64,000 bases of DNA, from contig NC_086109.1 of assembly GCF_963921235.1 (NCBI RefSeq), positions 12,152,001 through 12,216,000 of the forward strand, read 5' to 3'. Of this stretch, positions 38,701 to 50,319 are shown one piece after another. The notes under the pieces were generated by a model. The model saw only the letters and a program-made list of their open reading frames with translations, had not been told where the DNA came from and did not search any database. How positions within the stretch are numbered: the first letter of the stretch is position 1; each line of letters opens with the position of its first letter. Made by a program: the position numbers and the translations under genes. Source of the stretch: Mobula hypostoma (Eukaryota).

Positions 38701-41700
38701 TTCAAATACTCAGCTTTGCTGCTTTTGCAGAACATGACACATTTCCTTGGATCTAATTGATTCACAGATATGTTTTGAGTGTTGTGTTTGATCATCTAAA
38801 TTAAAGCTTCTGAGGGGATCACTTTAATGCATGAAATATTCCCTGAGGGATGATGGAGTTCATGTCGAAAGGGATGTTTCACAGGCTGCAGGGTCCGGAA
38901 TGGGGACAATTCCAGGAGAATATTGATCATTTTTTTTCTTGTACATAAGTGTATTTCACTGTGCAGTTTGAACAGATCTTTCAAAATGAAGAGCTTTATT
39001 CAAGTATCTGAGTGCTCACTGGAGGGGTAGAAACTCTCCCACCAGCAAGAAAATTAGAGAAATTATATGCGTAGAAAATTGTTGCCAGGATTTTATGGCG
39101 GCTTCTGAGAATGACATATCTGTCACAAGTGCAAACGCAAAATGCCGGACATACATTTTACACACATGTTCTCCCAGTTACTATGTGGGTTCCTCCAGGT
39201 GCTCCGGTTTCCTCCCATGCTCCAAAAACACACGTGTTAGTATTAGTAATGCGTAGGTAAGCTACTTTGGCACCGGAAGCATGGAACATTTGCAGCTGCC
39301 CCCAGAACAAATTCTGCATTGGTCTTTGATGAAATTGATGCATTTCACTGTAAGTTCTGATGTATGTGTGACAAATAAATCTCATCTTTAATCTTTATAT
39401 GTCACATTGGGTAATAGATCACTTTTGGTCCACCATGATCAAGTACCCATTGGTCTAACAATTGTGCTCTCTTGATCTGGCAAGTACAAAGCAAGAAACT
39501 GAATTTTACTTTCTTTCAACAGGGCCGATTCATTTCTGTGAAAATACTGTGAATGAAACGACGACTGCACAAACCAAAGAATCTACAAATAAAATGTAAA
39601 GTACAAGCTTCTCTCTACAGGTGGTTTCAAATAGACCCATCTGGGAGAGAAATTTGTTTCTCTTTAACTGGTGATAAACATGCTTGACATGATTAATTTC
39701 AATGAAATCATGTATTGGAAACTGAGTATTCCTGATTTTTTTGTCAAGATGTCAAATTTTCTTACACTAAATATTTAATAATTTAAGTATAGCAGTAGAA
39801 GCTCATGTTCTGAGTCATAAAGTCATTGCTATATATTAGAAGAGGTTTCTCAGCCTGACTCGACTAAGCTAACCAAGAGTATAGACAGCCACAAAACAAA
39901 GAACACCATGGAAACCGTTCAAAGAACAGGTTCGGCTACATGGTCAGCAATGCTGTCTGTCAGAGAAGAAACCACCAATCAATCCTACTGTGCAGTAGTT
40001 CCAACAAAATGTTTGTAAAAGAACATGGGAAGATTCTCAAATGATCTGGACAGTAGTTATTCTCTTAACCAACATCATGATCATTGGTCATGATCACATT
40101 TCTACTTGTGAGACTTTGGAGTGAACAGATTGGCTGTTGCAATTTCCCAAACTGTCAACAATGTCTAATGTTCATTTTCTGAGCTGCAGACATCCTGAGC
40201 TCATGAAAATTGCTGTGTAAATGCCAGACTTCATAAATAGCCAAGAACAAGTGATGAACCAGGACTGACCCTTTCCTATTCTTTACCACAGATCCATTTA
40301 CACAACTGTGCTCAGTGTCATTGGGATTCTACTCATACTACTTGTCATTTGTCTACTTTGCTACCTGAAGAGAAAAAACAGGGGTAGGTGTCTTTTTTCT
40401 TTAATTATTTCATGATGAATATGATAACTAGCTGCTGAATCTTAATGAGCTTGATTTGGCTGCAGTCAACAAAAAGCCAGGATCAGAGTGTTGATGTGTT
40501 GGGTTGCAACACATCAATGAATGGTATTGCTTCCACCTAGTGACTTCATCATCCCTGAAACATCAGGTGATGGAATCTTACTTCAAGCATGGAATGGTAG
40601 AGAACCAAGAGGTTGGGTAGAAGAAAGATTTCGATAGTTTCACCTGTTCTATTCAATTTTGGGGAATTAGCTCTTGTGATTGAAAGTGTATTCAATAAGC
40701 TGTTCCTCAGTACAACCTCCAAATAAATGCAATAACTTGGGCAATGTATGTATAAAATCATAATCTCGTGTAATTCTCAAAAAAAGGTGCATCTTTTACC
40801 AATCCACCATTCACTGCATACCACTAGCGAAAACTCTCTGCTTTCATTATAGAAAGTTGCTGTCGATTAAGTCATGGGTCTGCTTTATTGAGATGATCCT
40901 GAGATAGGCACCACGGTAGCATTGAGATTAGCACGGCATGATTACTCCTAGGGGCTTTTTGAAGTTCTGAGTTCAATTCCGATGCTGTTCTGTAAGGAGT
41001 CTCTATGTCTTCTCCATTGAATGTGTGGGTTTTCCCTGGGTGCTCCAATTTCCTCTCACAGTCCAAAGACACATCAGGTCTGGTACTTGGTCTTTGTAAA
41101 TTATCCATGTTTAGGTTCAGGTTAGTCAGGTTTGTCGGGATTAATGTGTCAGTGTGGCTCGAAGGTCCGGAAGAGCCTACTCGCAATGCATCGCTAAATA
41201 AATAAATAATCATCTGTCCCTTAAATAGACTTTGTAAACCAGTGAAGAGAACTGTGAGCACAGTGATCTTCTGTGTCTTATTATCAGACGGGGAAATGGA
41301 GTTGATCACTGGAAAATAAAGCCCCTGCAGCCTCCAACTCATCGGCTGATGGAATATAACTCATTGTCTGACAATTATAACAAATAATAATTTAACTGCT
41401 CCCTGTGATGTATTTCCTGGACTCTCTCTCTCCCCAACTGACCAGACAATTACTTTCTGTGTCATATTTCCCTCCAGTTGCTGTTTGTTGCAAAGATCTG
41501 AAGAAAAGGAGTGTATTTTTTTCCAAAGAGAAATTCCCTAAATGATCAAAACCTGAGATAATGGCAGAAAAGTGCTAGGAACGCTCAGCATGTCAGATGG
41601 CAGCTGTGGAAAAAGGAACAGCTGATCCTTCAAGGCAATGACCTTACATCAGAACTGGAAAATGTGAGCCATAACAAATCTTGAGGTGCAGAGGAAGTAC

Positions 41701-44700
41701 GGAAGGAAGCTCAAAAGAGTATGAATCTGATAGAGTACAAAATAGAAAAAAATACATCAGAAAAGATGACATGTGAGGCAAAAGGTGGGTGGTAATATAA
41801 TTCATGAAGATTTAAAGATGGGCGGGGTTTGAAATTTGATATCTTTATTGGTGACATTATCCTCATCGGTAAAAGAGTGTACTGCTCTTGATTTCCCTTG
41901 TCATTTCTCTTTATATAGTTGACGACTATTTATTTAAAAAAATGGGATGGGCTTTGTGAAATAAAATCTGTTCACATTTCAACTTCCATTATTCTGCCCT
42001 CACTCAAGAGTTTTCCGAATTTGCTGAAGATATGCAGATTGGTTAACTCTATTCCAGGTGTAGTTGTAGTTTTAAGGCAGTTTTATTGTTCACCAACACA
42101 TTACAGTAAGCCAGGAGCTGAGTAAAAGGACAGTGCATCGAGGTGTCTCACGAAGGATGGATCCAAATATTGATTAAAATTCCGTCAACTCATAACAAAG
42201 TGCTTTTGAGAAATGAATCAATAAATATACAAGTAACTCTAAAATGGCTGACCTGATGTCAAAGGTCAATTAATTAGAAACACAGTAGTAAGGAAAGAAC
42301 GATGCTGTAAACTTACAAATAAGCAGTGATATCTAGTGGCTAGAAATCAAATAGCAAACCAAATCAGGAGGGACCTAACATCCACTAATAGTCAAAGGCC
42401 ATCAAAACCGTTCACTGAGGATAGGACATTTGGATTCTGTATGAAATTGCTGATCACAGTGTCGAATTGAAAAGGGGCTTTCGTGGCCAGTAGGAAAATG
42501 AGATGATTTTTATTTTGGGCAGTTTGTTCCTTCTTCCTGAGGGACAATCTGCCACAGAGTCCTGGAGAGATCAGTGAGATGTTCATGGGACAGTGTGAAT
42601 ATTGTCAGGTAATCTGCTCCATCATATTGTGAAGGAGAAATATTCTCTAAAAACATGCAGAGACATTGTAAAAAAAAAAGTGCTCGGTAGATCTGACTGA
42701 ATTTTTAGCAATAGAAAACAATTAAAATTTCAAATCCAAAACTCTTATAACAATGTTCTTAGATGGAAAGCATTAGATTTCAATAGCAGAGAAGGTGGGT
42801 GGTGGGGGGTTTTAAAAACTATGGTCCTTTCTGAATATTGTGTAGTAACCAGAGCAGAGGTTTGCTCTGTGTGGAGAATTATCACTGTGTTGCAGCTGGG
42901 GTTCTCATGGTTCTGAGATTCAGTATGGGGACCATGGTAACGTAATGGTTAAGTGCAAAGCTATTACAGCTCGGGGCATTCCGGAGTTTGCAGTTCAATT
43001 CCAGTGCCGTTCTGAAAGGAGTCTCTGTATGTCCTCCCTGTGGGATGCATGGATACACTCCAGGTCCTCCAGTGTCCTCCCACAGTCCAAAGACGTACCA
43101 GGTAGGTGAATTGGTCAATGGAAATTGTCCCATGATTAGGTTAGTGTTAATCTGGTTTGTCGGGGGTCGCTGGGGAAGGCTGAAATTGCCTGCTCTGTGC
43201 TGTATCACTAAATAAACAAATAAATAAATCTTTATGTCTGTTCCTGACATGGAATTTTTATCAGTAATGTTGTATTTTCCAGAATCCAAGTACAACACAT
43301 CTCACGGAGGTGGCAAGAATGAAACCCAGGTATGGACATGAAGTATAAGTTGTCTGAATGCTTCAGAATGTTTAAAAATTCGATTACATGGGAGTTTACA
43401 CGAGATTCATCCCCACTAGTCCAGCCCAGTATTAATATTTTACACAAACCTCTGAACACCCTTCTCACTGAATCCCATCAGCATATCCTTCCAGTTATAT
43501 GTTCCTTTCACTTGCGTTTATCCAGCTTTTCCTTAAGTCTGTCCGTAATATTTTACGTGACTATTCTTCAAAGTGGCTCCAGTCTTTATTATCCTTACTG
43601 AAAGGTGAAAAGTGACATTGGTCCTTTCTCTACTGTTGGAGATGGAGCACCTAATTGTGTAAATCTGTCTTTGGGTTCAATGACTTTTCAGATTACATTT
43701 TGTATATTTACTCTGAGTCTCAAACTCTGATGTGAAATCAGAAAAAAATAGGGCGGGTCTAATCAGAACAATAAATTGGGGATGGCATGGTAGAATAGCG
43801 GTTAGTGTAACGCTATTACGGCGCCAGTGACCTGGGTTCACTTCCGCTACCGTCTGTAAGTAGTTTGTATGTTCTCTCCGTGACTCTGTGAATCTCCTCT
43901 GAGTGCTCTGATTTTCTCCCACATTCCAAAGAAGTTAGTACATTAATTTGGTCATGTGTTTAATTGGGTGATGTGGGCTTGTTGGGCCAGAATGGCCTGT
44001 TACCATGCTGTATCTCTAAATAAGTAAATATCTGTTCTGTGCTGACCTCACCCACCCACTTTCTCACTCTACCCCTCAATCCTGACACCAGTATGAATAT
44101 TCTATTGTCTCTTCAATCTGTTATCAACAATCTTTGTTAGTGATATTTTCCACAGTTTTCAGCTTGTTTGCTATTCTTACCTTCATAATTAATGTCCGAA
44201 TTGATCTAATTTTTTCTTTATTGAAGGATTGGGTTCAATATTATCAAAGAGCTTCAATTGTTTTCTCAATTTTATCATTTGCCTTTCTTATTCCCAAAGG
44301 TAATGCAGGGTGGAGATTGTTGGAGGATTCTGCTCTGCTGTACATTTTCCCTTGTTGGCATCACTTCCCCTCCAAGAACTGTACCCTCAGAGAACTGTGT
44401 GTTCCTTTTGTGCATCCTCCAGTCTCGGAATCCCACCACTAATAGCAGTAGCTTCAGCTGCCCAAATCCCACCCTCTGGACAACTCCATGAACTCCTGCA
44501 ATTCTGTCCTCTTAACTTTTGTTCATTAGAGATACAACAGAGTAACCGGTCCTTCCGACCCACGAGCCACCCAATTACACCCATGTGATCAATTAACCTA
44601 CTACAACAAACCATTTAGACTGTAATCCATAAAAGTATTGTAATTTGCCCAAATAATTGCCAACTTCATTCTCAACCTCTTCTCTTGCTGAATCCCTGTG

Positions 44701-45421
44701 AAACATCTAGGACCAGTTTAGTGTGTTGCTGTTGTAAAGCAACATGCTGTTGTTGTACATTTAGTAGCGGGTCCTCACTAGTGATCACTGTCACTCAGTC
44801 ATAAACTGTTATCAAACATTCTGAAAAATTATATTCTACAAGCTGAATGACGGGATTAGGGTTTATTAAAAAGCAGAAAACTGAGGGTGATCTGGTAGAT
44901 GTCTGCAAAAGTATCCAATTGTTTTATAGAGTAGTGAACATGTTTCTACTTACAGATGAGAGCAGAAGTCAAGCTATAAACATAAGATAAATAATTTAAA
45001 AAATCCACGGACAAGACCATAGACCATAAGGTATAGGAGCAGAATTAGGCCATTTGGCCCATCAAGACTGCTCTGCACTTCAATCATGACTGATTTATAT
45101 TCCTTCTCACCCTATTATCCTGCCTTGTCCCAGTTACCTTTCACACCCTCACCTTCCACATTCATCAGACATAAAATAGATAATGGAATTTCTTTATCAT
45201 TTCAGGAAACGGCCACGTTGGGAGAAAACATCGTTTATGCAGATCTACACCATGTTCGAAACAATGAGGCAGCTGCCCAATCAGCTAACAACGAAAATGA
45301 AACTGTGTATGCAAACATGAAATGTAAAAAGAAGTCACGAGCAGGACACTCTGTTATGGATGAGGACAACACCACCTATGCAGGTGTCAAATTTCAAAGC
45401 CAACCCACAAGGCCCAAATAG
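29709..45421 (+). CDS. Inhibitory CD300/pIgR-like (MDIR-like) receptor gene, 7 exons, ~366 aa
   Basis: join(29709..29745,31101..31421,34392..34706,39523..39595,40292..40383,43283..43329,45206..45421) = 1101 nt. All introns GT-AG, phases 1,1,1,2,1,0, no internal stop. Confidence 0.85.
31101..31421 (+). CDS. Exon 2: V-type Ig domain, CD300/pIgR signature
   Basis: ITIDC...KYWCHGWTRQC (extra Cys pair)...DTGWYSC; donor G|GTAGGT; alternative acceptor at 31107. Confidence 0.92.
31985..34010 (-). mobile_element. Rex1/Babar-type LINE, 5'-truncated, in intron 2
   Basis: RT ORF 32138..33469 preceded by a frameshifted piece 33412..33930; CATAGT/CATACT tail at ~31985..32006. Confidence 0.85.
32138..33469 (-). 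CDS. Reverse transcriptase ORF of the Rex1/Babar LINE (443 aa)
   Basis: RPVALTSHIMKTLER, LDPLQF, MFFDFSSAFNTI, GAPQGTVLSPFLF; catalytic motif reads FWDD. Confidence 0.85.
   Translation of the reverse strand: MLKACAPQLCGVLRHVFNLSLRLRRVPVLWKTSCLVPVPKMPCPSGLNGNRPVALTSHIMKTLERLVLELLWPMLRPHLDPLQFTYQPRLGVDDAIVFLLNRVYSHLDKPASTARVMFFDFSSAFNTIRPALLGEKLTEMQVDASLVSWILDYLTGRPQYVCLRHGVSDRVISSTGAPQGTVLSPFLFTIYTSDFNYCTESCHLQKFWDDSVMAGCISKGDEAEYRATVGNFVTWCEQNYLQLNVKKTKELVVDLRRAKVPVTPVSIQGVSLDMVEDYKYLGIQIDNKLDWSKNTEAVYKKGQSCLYFLRRLRSFNICRTMLSLFYESVVASAIMFAVMCWGSRLRVADTNRINKLIRKASDVVGMELDSLTVVSEKKMLSKLHAILVNVSNPLHNVLGGHRSTFSQRLIPPRCNTEHHRKSFLPVAIKLYNSSLGGSDTLSQ
34165..34340 (-). mobile_element. Tc1-like non-autonomous element end
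   Basis: Reverse complement of the CACTTTATTAGGTACACC...AATGCAAATATCTAAT terminus also seen at ~45512 and 62829. Confidence 0.6.
34392..34706 (+). CDS. Exon 3: C2-type Ig domain
   Basis: LLSCESLQGSFPIQYKWY...RYYCSASN; acceptor TTTTCCACAG, donor A|GTAAGT; phase 1-1. Confidence 0.9.
35060..35645 (+). mobile_element. Internally deleted CR1
   Basis: RGHSLRIEECPFKTEMWRNFF...SLDVFKAEIDRFL and typical CR1 3' UTR. Confidence 0.8.
36349..36470 (+). mobile_element. 5'-truncated tRNA-derived SINE
   Basis: B box GAGTTCGAATCC within GAGCACACTGGACTCTGAAGCG...; no 3' tRNA acceptor stem. Confidence 0.6.
39523..39595 (+). CDS. Exon 4: Thr/Asn-rich stalk
   Basis: TTTTACTTTCTTTCAACAG acceptor; PIHFCENTVNETTTAQTKESTNK; AT|GTAAAG; phase 1 to 2. 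Confidence 0.8.
40292..40383 (+). CDS. Exon 5: uncharged transmembrane segment
   Basis: SIYTTVLSVIGILLILLVICLLCYLKRKNR; phase 2 to 1; donor G|GTAGGT. Confidence 0.88.
40908..41200 (+). mobile_element. V-SINE/HE1-like SINE
   Basis: tRNA-like head plus GGGTGCTCCAATTTCCTCTCACAGTCCAAAGAC core and AAATAAATAAAT tail. Related copies at ~39160..39390 (+), 42920..43230 (+), 43780..44030 (+), 47600..47770 (-). Confidence 0.7.
43283..43329 (+). CDS. Exon 6: proximal cytoplasmic exon
   Basis: TGTATTTTCCAG acceptor; (E)SKYNTSHGGGKNETQ; CAG|GTATGG; phase 1 to 0 bridges exons 5 and 7. Confidence 0.75.
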
Positions 45422-46358
45422 AAAGCTTTCTCTCCTGGTACTCCACAGGACTCAGAATAAGCTTGATAAAGTCATTATGTGGATTAATTTAAGGCAGAAA
45501 AGTTACACTCAGAGGCCACTTTATTAAGTGCAGTTGTACACCTGTTTGTTAATGCAAATATCTAATCAGCCATTCTTCTGGCAGCAACTTGATGCATAAA
45601 ACAATGCGTGTTGGCATGTCGTGCATTGAAAGGTATTCCTCTGCACACCACTGTCGTAATGTATGTTTATTTGAGTCACTATCACCTTTCTGTCAGCTCG
45701 AACCAGTCTGGCCATTGTCCTCTATTGAACCTCAATTTATTTACGATCCTTCGGGTTCTTCCAGGAATCAGGAATGTTGAACAGTCGTAATTCTAATGAT
45801 GATTTATTTTAAAGTACAAATAAACATACAAACACTAAGCACGCTAAATAAAGAGCTAAGAAGTAAATGAACAGCAGCGAATGTGAAGACAAAAAGATGG
45901 CACATCTAAAAATATATTACTTTTAAAGTTAAGATTAGGAAAGTTCCTTCAAAAGAAATAAAGTATTTAATGGGCTACATAATCAAAATAATTACATCAC
46001 GTGGGTAATGGGCTAATACTTAGCCAATGAAAAATGAGGAAGGTGATAAATGATTAGTTTAACTGCAATACCGCTTTCTGCCAGTGAGTGGGGACAAACC
46101 AGCACATACTATGAAAAATGAGTCTGTTAAAAAGCACAAATCTTATAAAATGTATTGTTTAAAAAAAGTAGTAGTTTGCAACACCTTTGACCTCTCTCAT
46201 TAACAAGCATTTGCACGCACAGAACTGACGCTCACCGGATTTTTTTTGTTTATCGCTGATGTCACATTTCTTCTCAATTCGTCGAAACAACACTGAACCT
46301 CTTAATCGTATGTTTTTATGCATTGAATTCCTGCCACATGATGGGCTGATTAGTTATG
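45150..46358 (+). repeat. Arm of a >=1.1-kb inverted duplication (partner 62871..64000)
   Basis: Reverse-complement alignment; 14 differences in the 255-nt exon portion; ~80-bp indel near 46110..46190. Confidence 0.95.
45206..45421 (+). CDS. Exon 7: ITIM/ITSM tail
   Basis: IVYADL (ITIM), TVYANM, TTYAGV (ITSM); stop TAG 45419..45421; AATAAA at 45819 and 45847. Confidence 0.88.
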   Translation, partial: ETATLGENIVYADLHHVRNNEAAAQSANNENETVYANMKCKKKSRAGHSVMDEDNTTYAGVKFQSQPTRPK

Positions 46359-46366
46359 CTGCCAGC

Positions 46367-46603
46367 TTTGGGGTTCAGTTCAGGGCTAACAACTGTGACA
46401 GGTAAAACAACTCTGTTGTGGAAACAGCAATGAAGAATCATTCTACATCTGAGTGCGATGGTATTCCTGAGTCTCAACCCAGGATTTGCATGACTAACAG
46501 TTGTGAAAACTGAGAGGAAGCTACTGACGTGATGAAAGAGGCACCGAACACCACCAGAGATGGAGGACCCTCATTGCTGCCCCAGACGCCAGTGGCGTAG
46601 CAG
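46367..46603 (+). repeat. 237-bp direct repeat (partner 62445..62681)
   Basis: 7 mismatches in 237 bp, no indels. Confidence 0.95.
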
Positions 46604-47999
46604 TGGGCTGAGTCTCCAGACTGAATTGATATCTGCAACATTGACTGTGGGACCAGAAGCACTGGAGGCTGTCAGCGCAAGTGATGCCATTCCAAACCCT
46701 TTCTGTACAAAACATGCTCAAAATGCATAAACTTCATTGGGAAGGGATGTAGTGTGGCCAAACATACTGCTTTGTTTGTAGCCTATTATAGCATTTAAGC
46801 CATTCCACATCTGACAGTCATTTGGGATTCAGTTTTGGGCTGGTATTGTCTCTTGGCATTGCTGATTACTCTGTAAAGGTGTTGAATACGTTTTTTGTAT
46901 AGCTCAGGGCCACCTAGAATAAACACCACAGTCTGGAACTTGGTTCATCTGTCAATCAGCTCTTACTACTCATTATCTAAATAGTGGTCTGAAATGAAAC
47001 TTTTCCTTAGAATATAAATGAGGAATTATGCAGGAGAAGACTCATTAGAAATCACAGTGAGCCAGCTGATGATATCTGACATCCAAACAATTGAGTTTCG
47101 TGGAGTGTCCACAACAAAAACAGTACATTAATTTCATCAAGTGATAAAAATTTGTGAAGAGTGTTGAAATGTTAGTAGGACTGAATGATAACACTCAGAT
47201 AAGGGGATTCTGGTGAATTGTGGGCTGAGCCAGAAATGACGACATGTTGAGAATCACAGGAAATATCTTCCTTTATTCCCAGAATCAAAAGGGATGTACA
47301 TGAGAGCCACCAATTAAGCAGTTAGCACTGTGCTTAGTTGCAACAGTGTTCTTCAAAGTCCTTCGCACTCTATTGAGTCTGCTCGCCCAGCGGGACATCC
47401 CACTTGCCCAGTCTGAGAATTCCTCCTTTTTCCCGACCCTGCCCACAACAAGAACAACACAGAAACTGTTGCAGTAAATCAGTGGGCCAGGCAGTATCTG
47501 TAGAGAAAAATGCTCAGTTGATATGAGAGTGTTCAAAACCACCAGTGTCTCAGGGGATGTTGTCCATTGACACCTGTATATTTTTTATTTTTAAATTTAA
47601 TTTAGAGATATAGCACAGTGACGAGCTCATCAGGCCCAACAAGAATCCACCACCTAATTAACCTGCTGACCCATGTGTCTTTGGAATGTGGGAGGAAACA
47701 GGAGCACCCAGAGGACACTCTCACAGTCATGGGGAGAATGTACAAAGTTCTTACAGGCAGTGGTGGGAATTACACTAAGTGCTACACTCTAAAGATACCA
47801 TCAGTAGGGTGGCAGGACAAAGACTGTCACCCCCATCAGGTATCTTGCTGAAGGTGACCATTCCTGAAGCTGGCTCTGCCACGTGCATGCTGCACAGCCA
47901 CACATCCACCCCTGTGATAGCCTGTGGACAGGGGACAGATCATAGGCTGGGCTTATGATGGGTGAAAACTGGAGGCCATCGATGGGGCAACTCCTCATG

Positions 48000-49534
48000 T
48001 GTCATAAGGGAGGGCGCTGAGAGCGGACCCAAAAGCAAGACACAGACACTGAAGTACTATGAACAGGATGAGGTTTATCGAGGTAACAAGGTGAGTAAGG
48101 AAGAAACAATGCTGGACATTGACACAGGCCCTGGACGAGACTAGGATTCAGGGCCTGGGCTAGGACTTGGACTAGAAACACGGGACCCAGATGGGAACGA
48201 GGAATGAGGAGCCTGGACTAGGAACATGGAACTCCGTAACCAGAGCCTGGACAAGGACCCGGAACCTGGGTCTTGGCTGGGGCTCGGAACCTGGGTCTTG
48301 ACTCAGAACTGGAACCCTGGTCTAGGTTAGGACTCAGAACTAGGATCTTGGCAAGGACAGGACATGGCTCAGGACAGGATGAAGTACCACAGCACAGGAT
48401 GAGAAATCCCCAGCACTGGGCTGGGTGAGGAACTCCTGGGCTGGGTGAGGAACCGGAACTAGATGAGGATATGAAGTTGAGATTTGGACAGAGCTGGAAC
48501 ATGATGCCGGGACTTGGTCTTGGAACACAAGAACTCAGAGCCTTGGACGTGGACTGGATGCTCAGAGCCTTGGATGTGGATTGGACACTCAGAGCCTTGG
48601 ACATGAACTGGACGAGGTACACCAGGGCAGGACGTGGTTCTAGGACTAGGTTTGGCTTGGTCCTTGGACTTGGCTTGGTTAGGATCCTAGGTATGGAGCT
48701 GGAGCTCCTCCTTGGAGCGCGGGGCTGGGACCCTTTCTTGGACGCAGGGCCGGGATGACTACCGAGGACACTTGCCAAGGTAAACTGCTGAGGGATTCCT
48801 GGACTGGACGAGAACATGAAGCAAACAACAGGAATTCTGCAGATGCTGGAAATTCAAGCAACACACATCAAAGTTGCTGGTGAACGCAGCAGGCCAGGCA
48901 GCATCTGTAGGAAGAGGTACAGTCGACGTTTCAGGCCGAGACCCTTCATCCTGACAAAGGGTCTCAGCCTGAAACGTCGACTGTACCTCTTCCTACAGAT
49001 GCTGCCTGGCCTGCTGCGTTCACCAGCAACTCTGATGTGTGTTGTGCGAACATGAAGCCTTGTCTTGGACAGGACTGGATCACGGCACCTGGAACTTGGA
49101 TCACAGGAATACAGAACACGGAGCCGGAACCCCTCTTTGGGAACAGAGCTTAGGGCCAGGGCTTTACACAGAGTCAGGACCTCTTCTTGGGAACAGGACC
49201 TAGGGCCGGGACTTGTTTTTGACATGAACCCGGAACACAGGGACACAAAGAGATAGTTCCAATCTCAATGATAGATAGTTCCTGAACTTGGCGTGGCAAG
49301 GCTCCGGTCTCACTCCGGCAGTTGAACTTGACGGGGCTTCAGGCAGAAGGGGGAGGGAACAGTTCGGCAGGGAATCCTTGGTTTGAGAGGTATTTATGTG
49401 CCAGCCCAAAATGAGAATCAGGTGCCTCAATTAAGGTGTCCAATGGAACAAGGGAAAACAAGAAAACCTGGAATAAGGAATGAACAGACCGGACCATGAA
49501 CTGGAATGCAGAAATAACGGACCGGACCATGACA
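48000..49534 (+). mobile_element. Solo-LTR-like element with internal tandem repeats
   Basis: TGTCAT...ATGACA termini; TSD TCATG/TCAGG; 27-bp CTCAGAGCCTTGGA repeats; contains a Penelope insertion. Confidence 0.8.
48823..49047. mobile_element. Palindromic Penelope-like tail insertion with 11-bp TSD
   Basis: GAACATGAAGC at 48812..48822 and 49048..49058; two ~90-bp arms in inverted orientation. Confidence 0.85.
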
Positions 49535-50319
49535 TCAGGAGTGGGGCTTGCTCTCATGGTCCAGTTTTGTTCTCAGGGGTGGGGTTCCAGAAATGAACCT
49601 AGATAATTACCAAGAACTCAGGCACTCTGTACAGAATGTTGAAGAAATGAAATCACTCACATTACACAGAGAACTCTGGGTTTCATCAGATAAGGATCTA
49701 CAATGACTAAGCAAAGAGACTAAGCATGATCCTTTAAAATACACCCTGGAACCTACAGGAATTCAGTGTCAATCAGGTAACAGAGGTGTCCACACGAAAC
49801 AATAATCCACAAAGACAATAACTCCAATGCAAAACATTGCAAATACCATGCTAATTATCCCAAATCAAAGTGATAAATACAAAGAGAGCTTAAAAATCCC
49901 CATGATCCCAAATGAGACACCTAAAAAACAAAGTGAAAAACCCAGATAGTCCAAAGACAAACAATCAGACATAACAGGTAAACAATCCAAAGAACACCGC
50001 ATACCCAGGAGGTGACACTGAAAAAAATTTAGTCCACATACTAACTGCAATAAATCCCTTCTTCCTCTTTAAAACCAATCTCTCCTTGACACACATTCAG
50101 AGTAAATACAAAGAAACACCACAGACTCAATGAAAAACCGCACACAAGATGGACAAACTAACCCATGCACAAAAGACAACAAAATGCGTGAATGCAAAAA
50201 AAAACAGTAATAACAATGAATCAGCAATAAACATCAAGAACATGAGATGAAGAGACCTTGAAATTGAGTCCTTACGTTGCAGGAACAGTTCAGTTTTGCG
50301 GTAAGGTTGAGTGACAACC

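Noticed and set aside
44134-44614. Cluster of overlapping ORFs in intron 6
   Set aside because: No recognisable domain or splice-compatible exon, and exons 6 and 7 already join in frame.
48218-48817. Pro/Ser-rich 199-aa ORF and similar ORFs at 54101..54845
   Set aside because: Artefacts of GC-rich tandem repeats inside solo-LTR-like elements.
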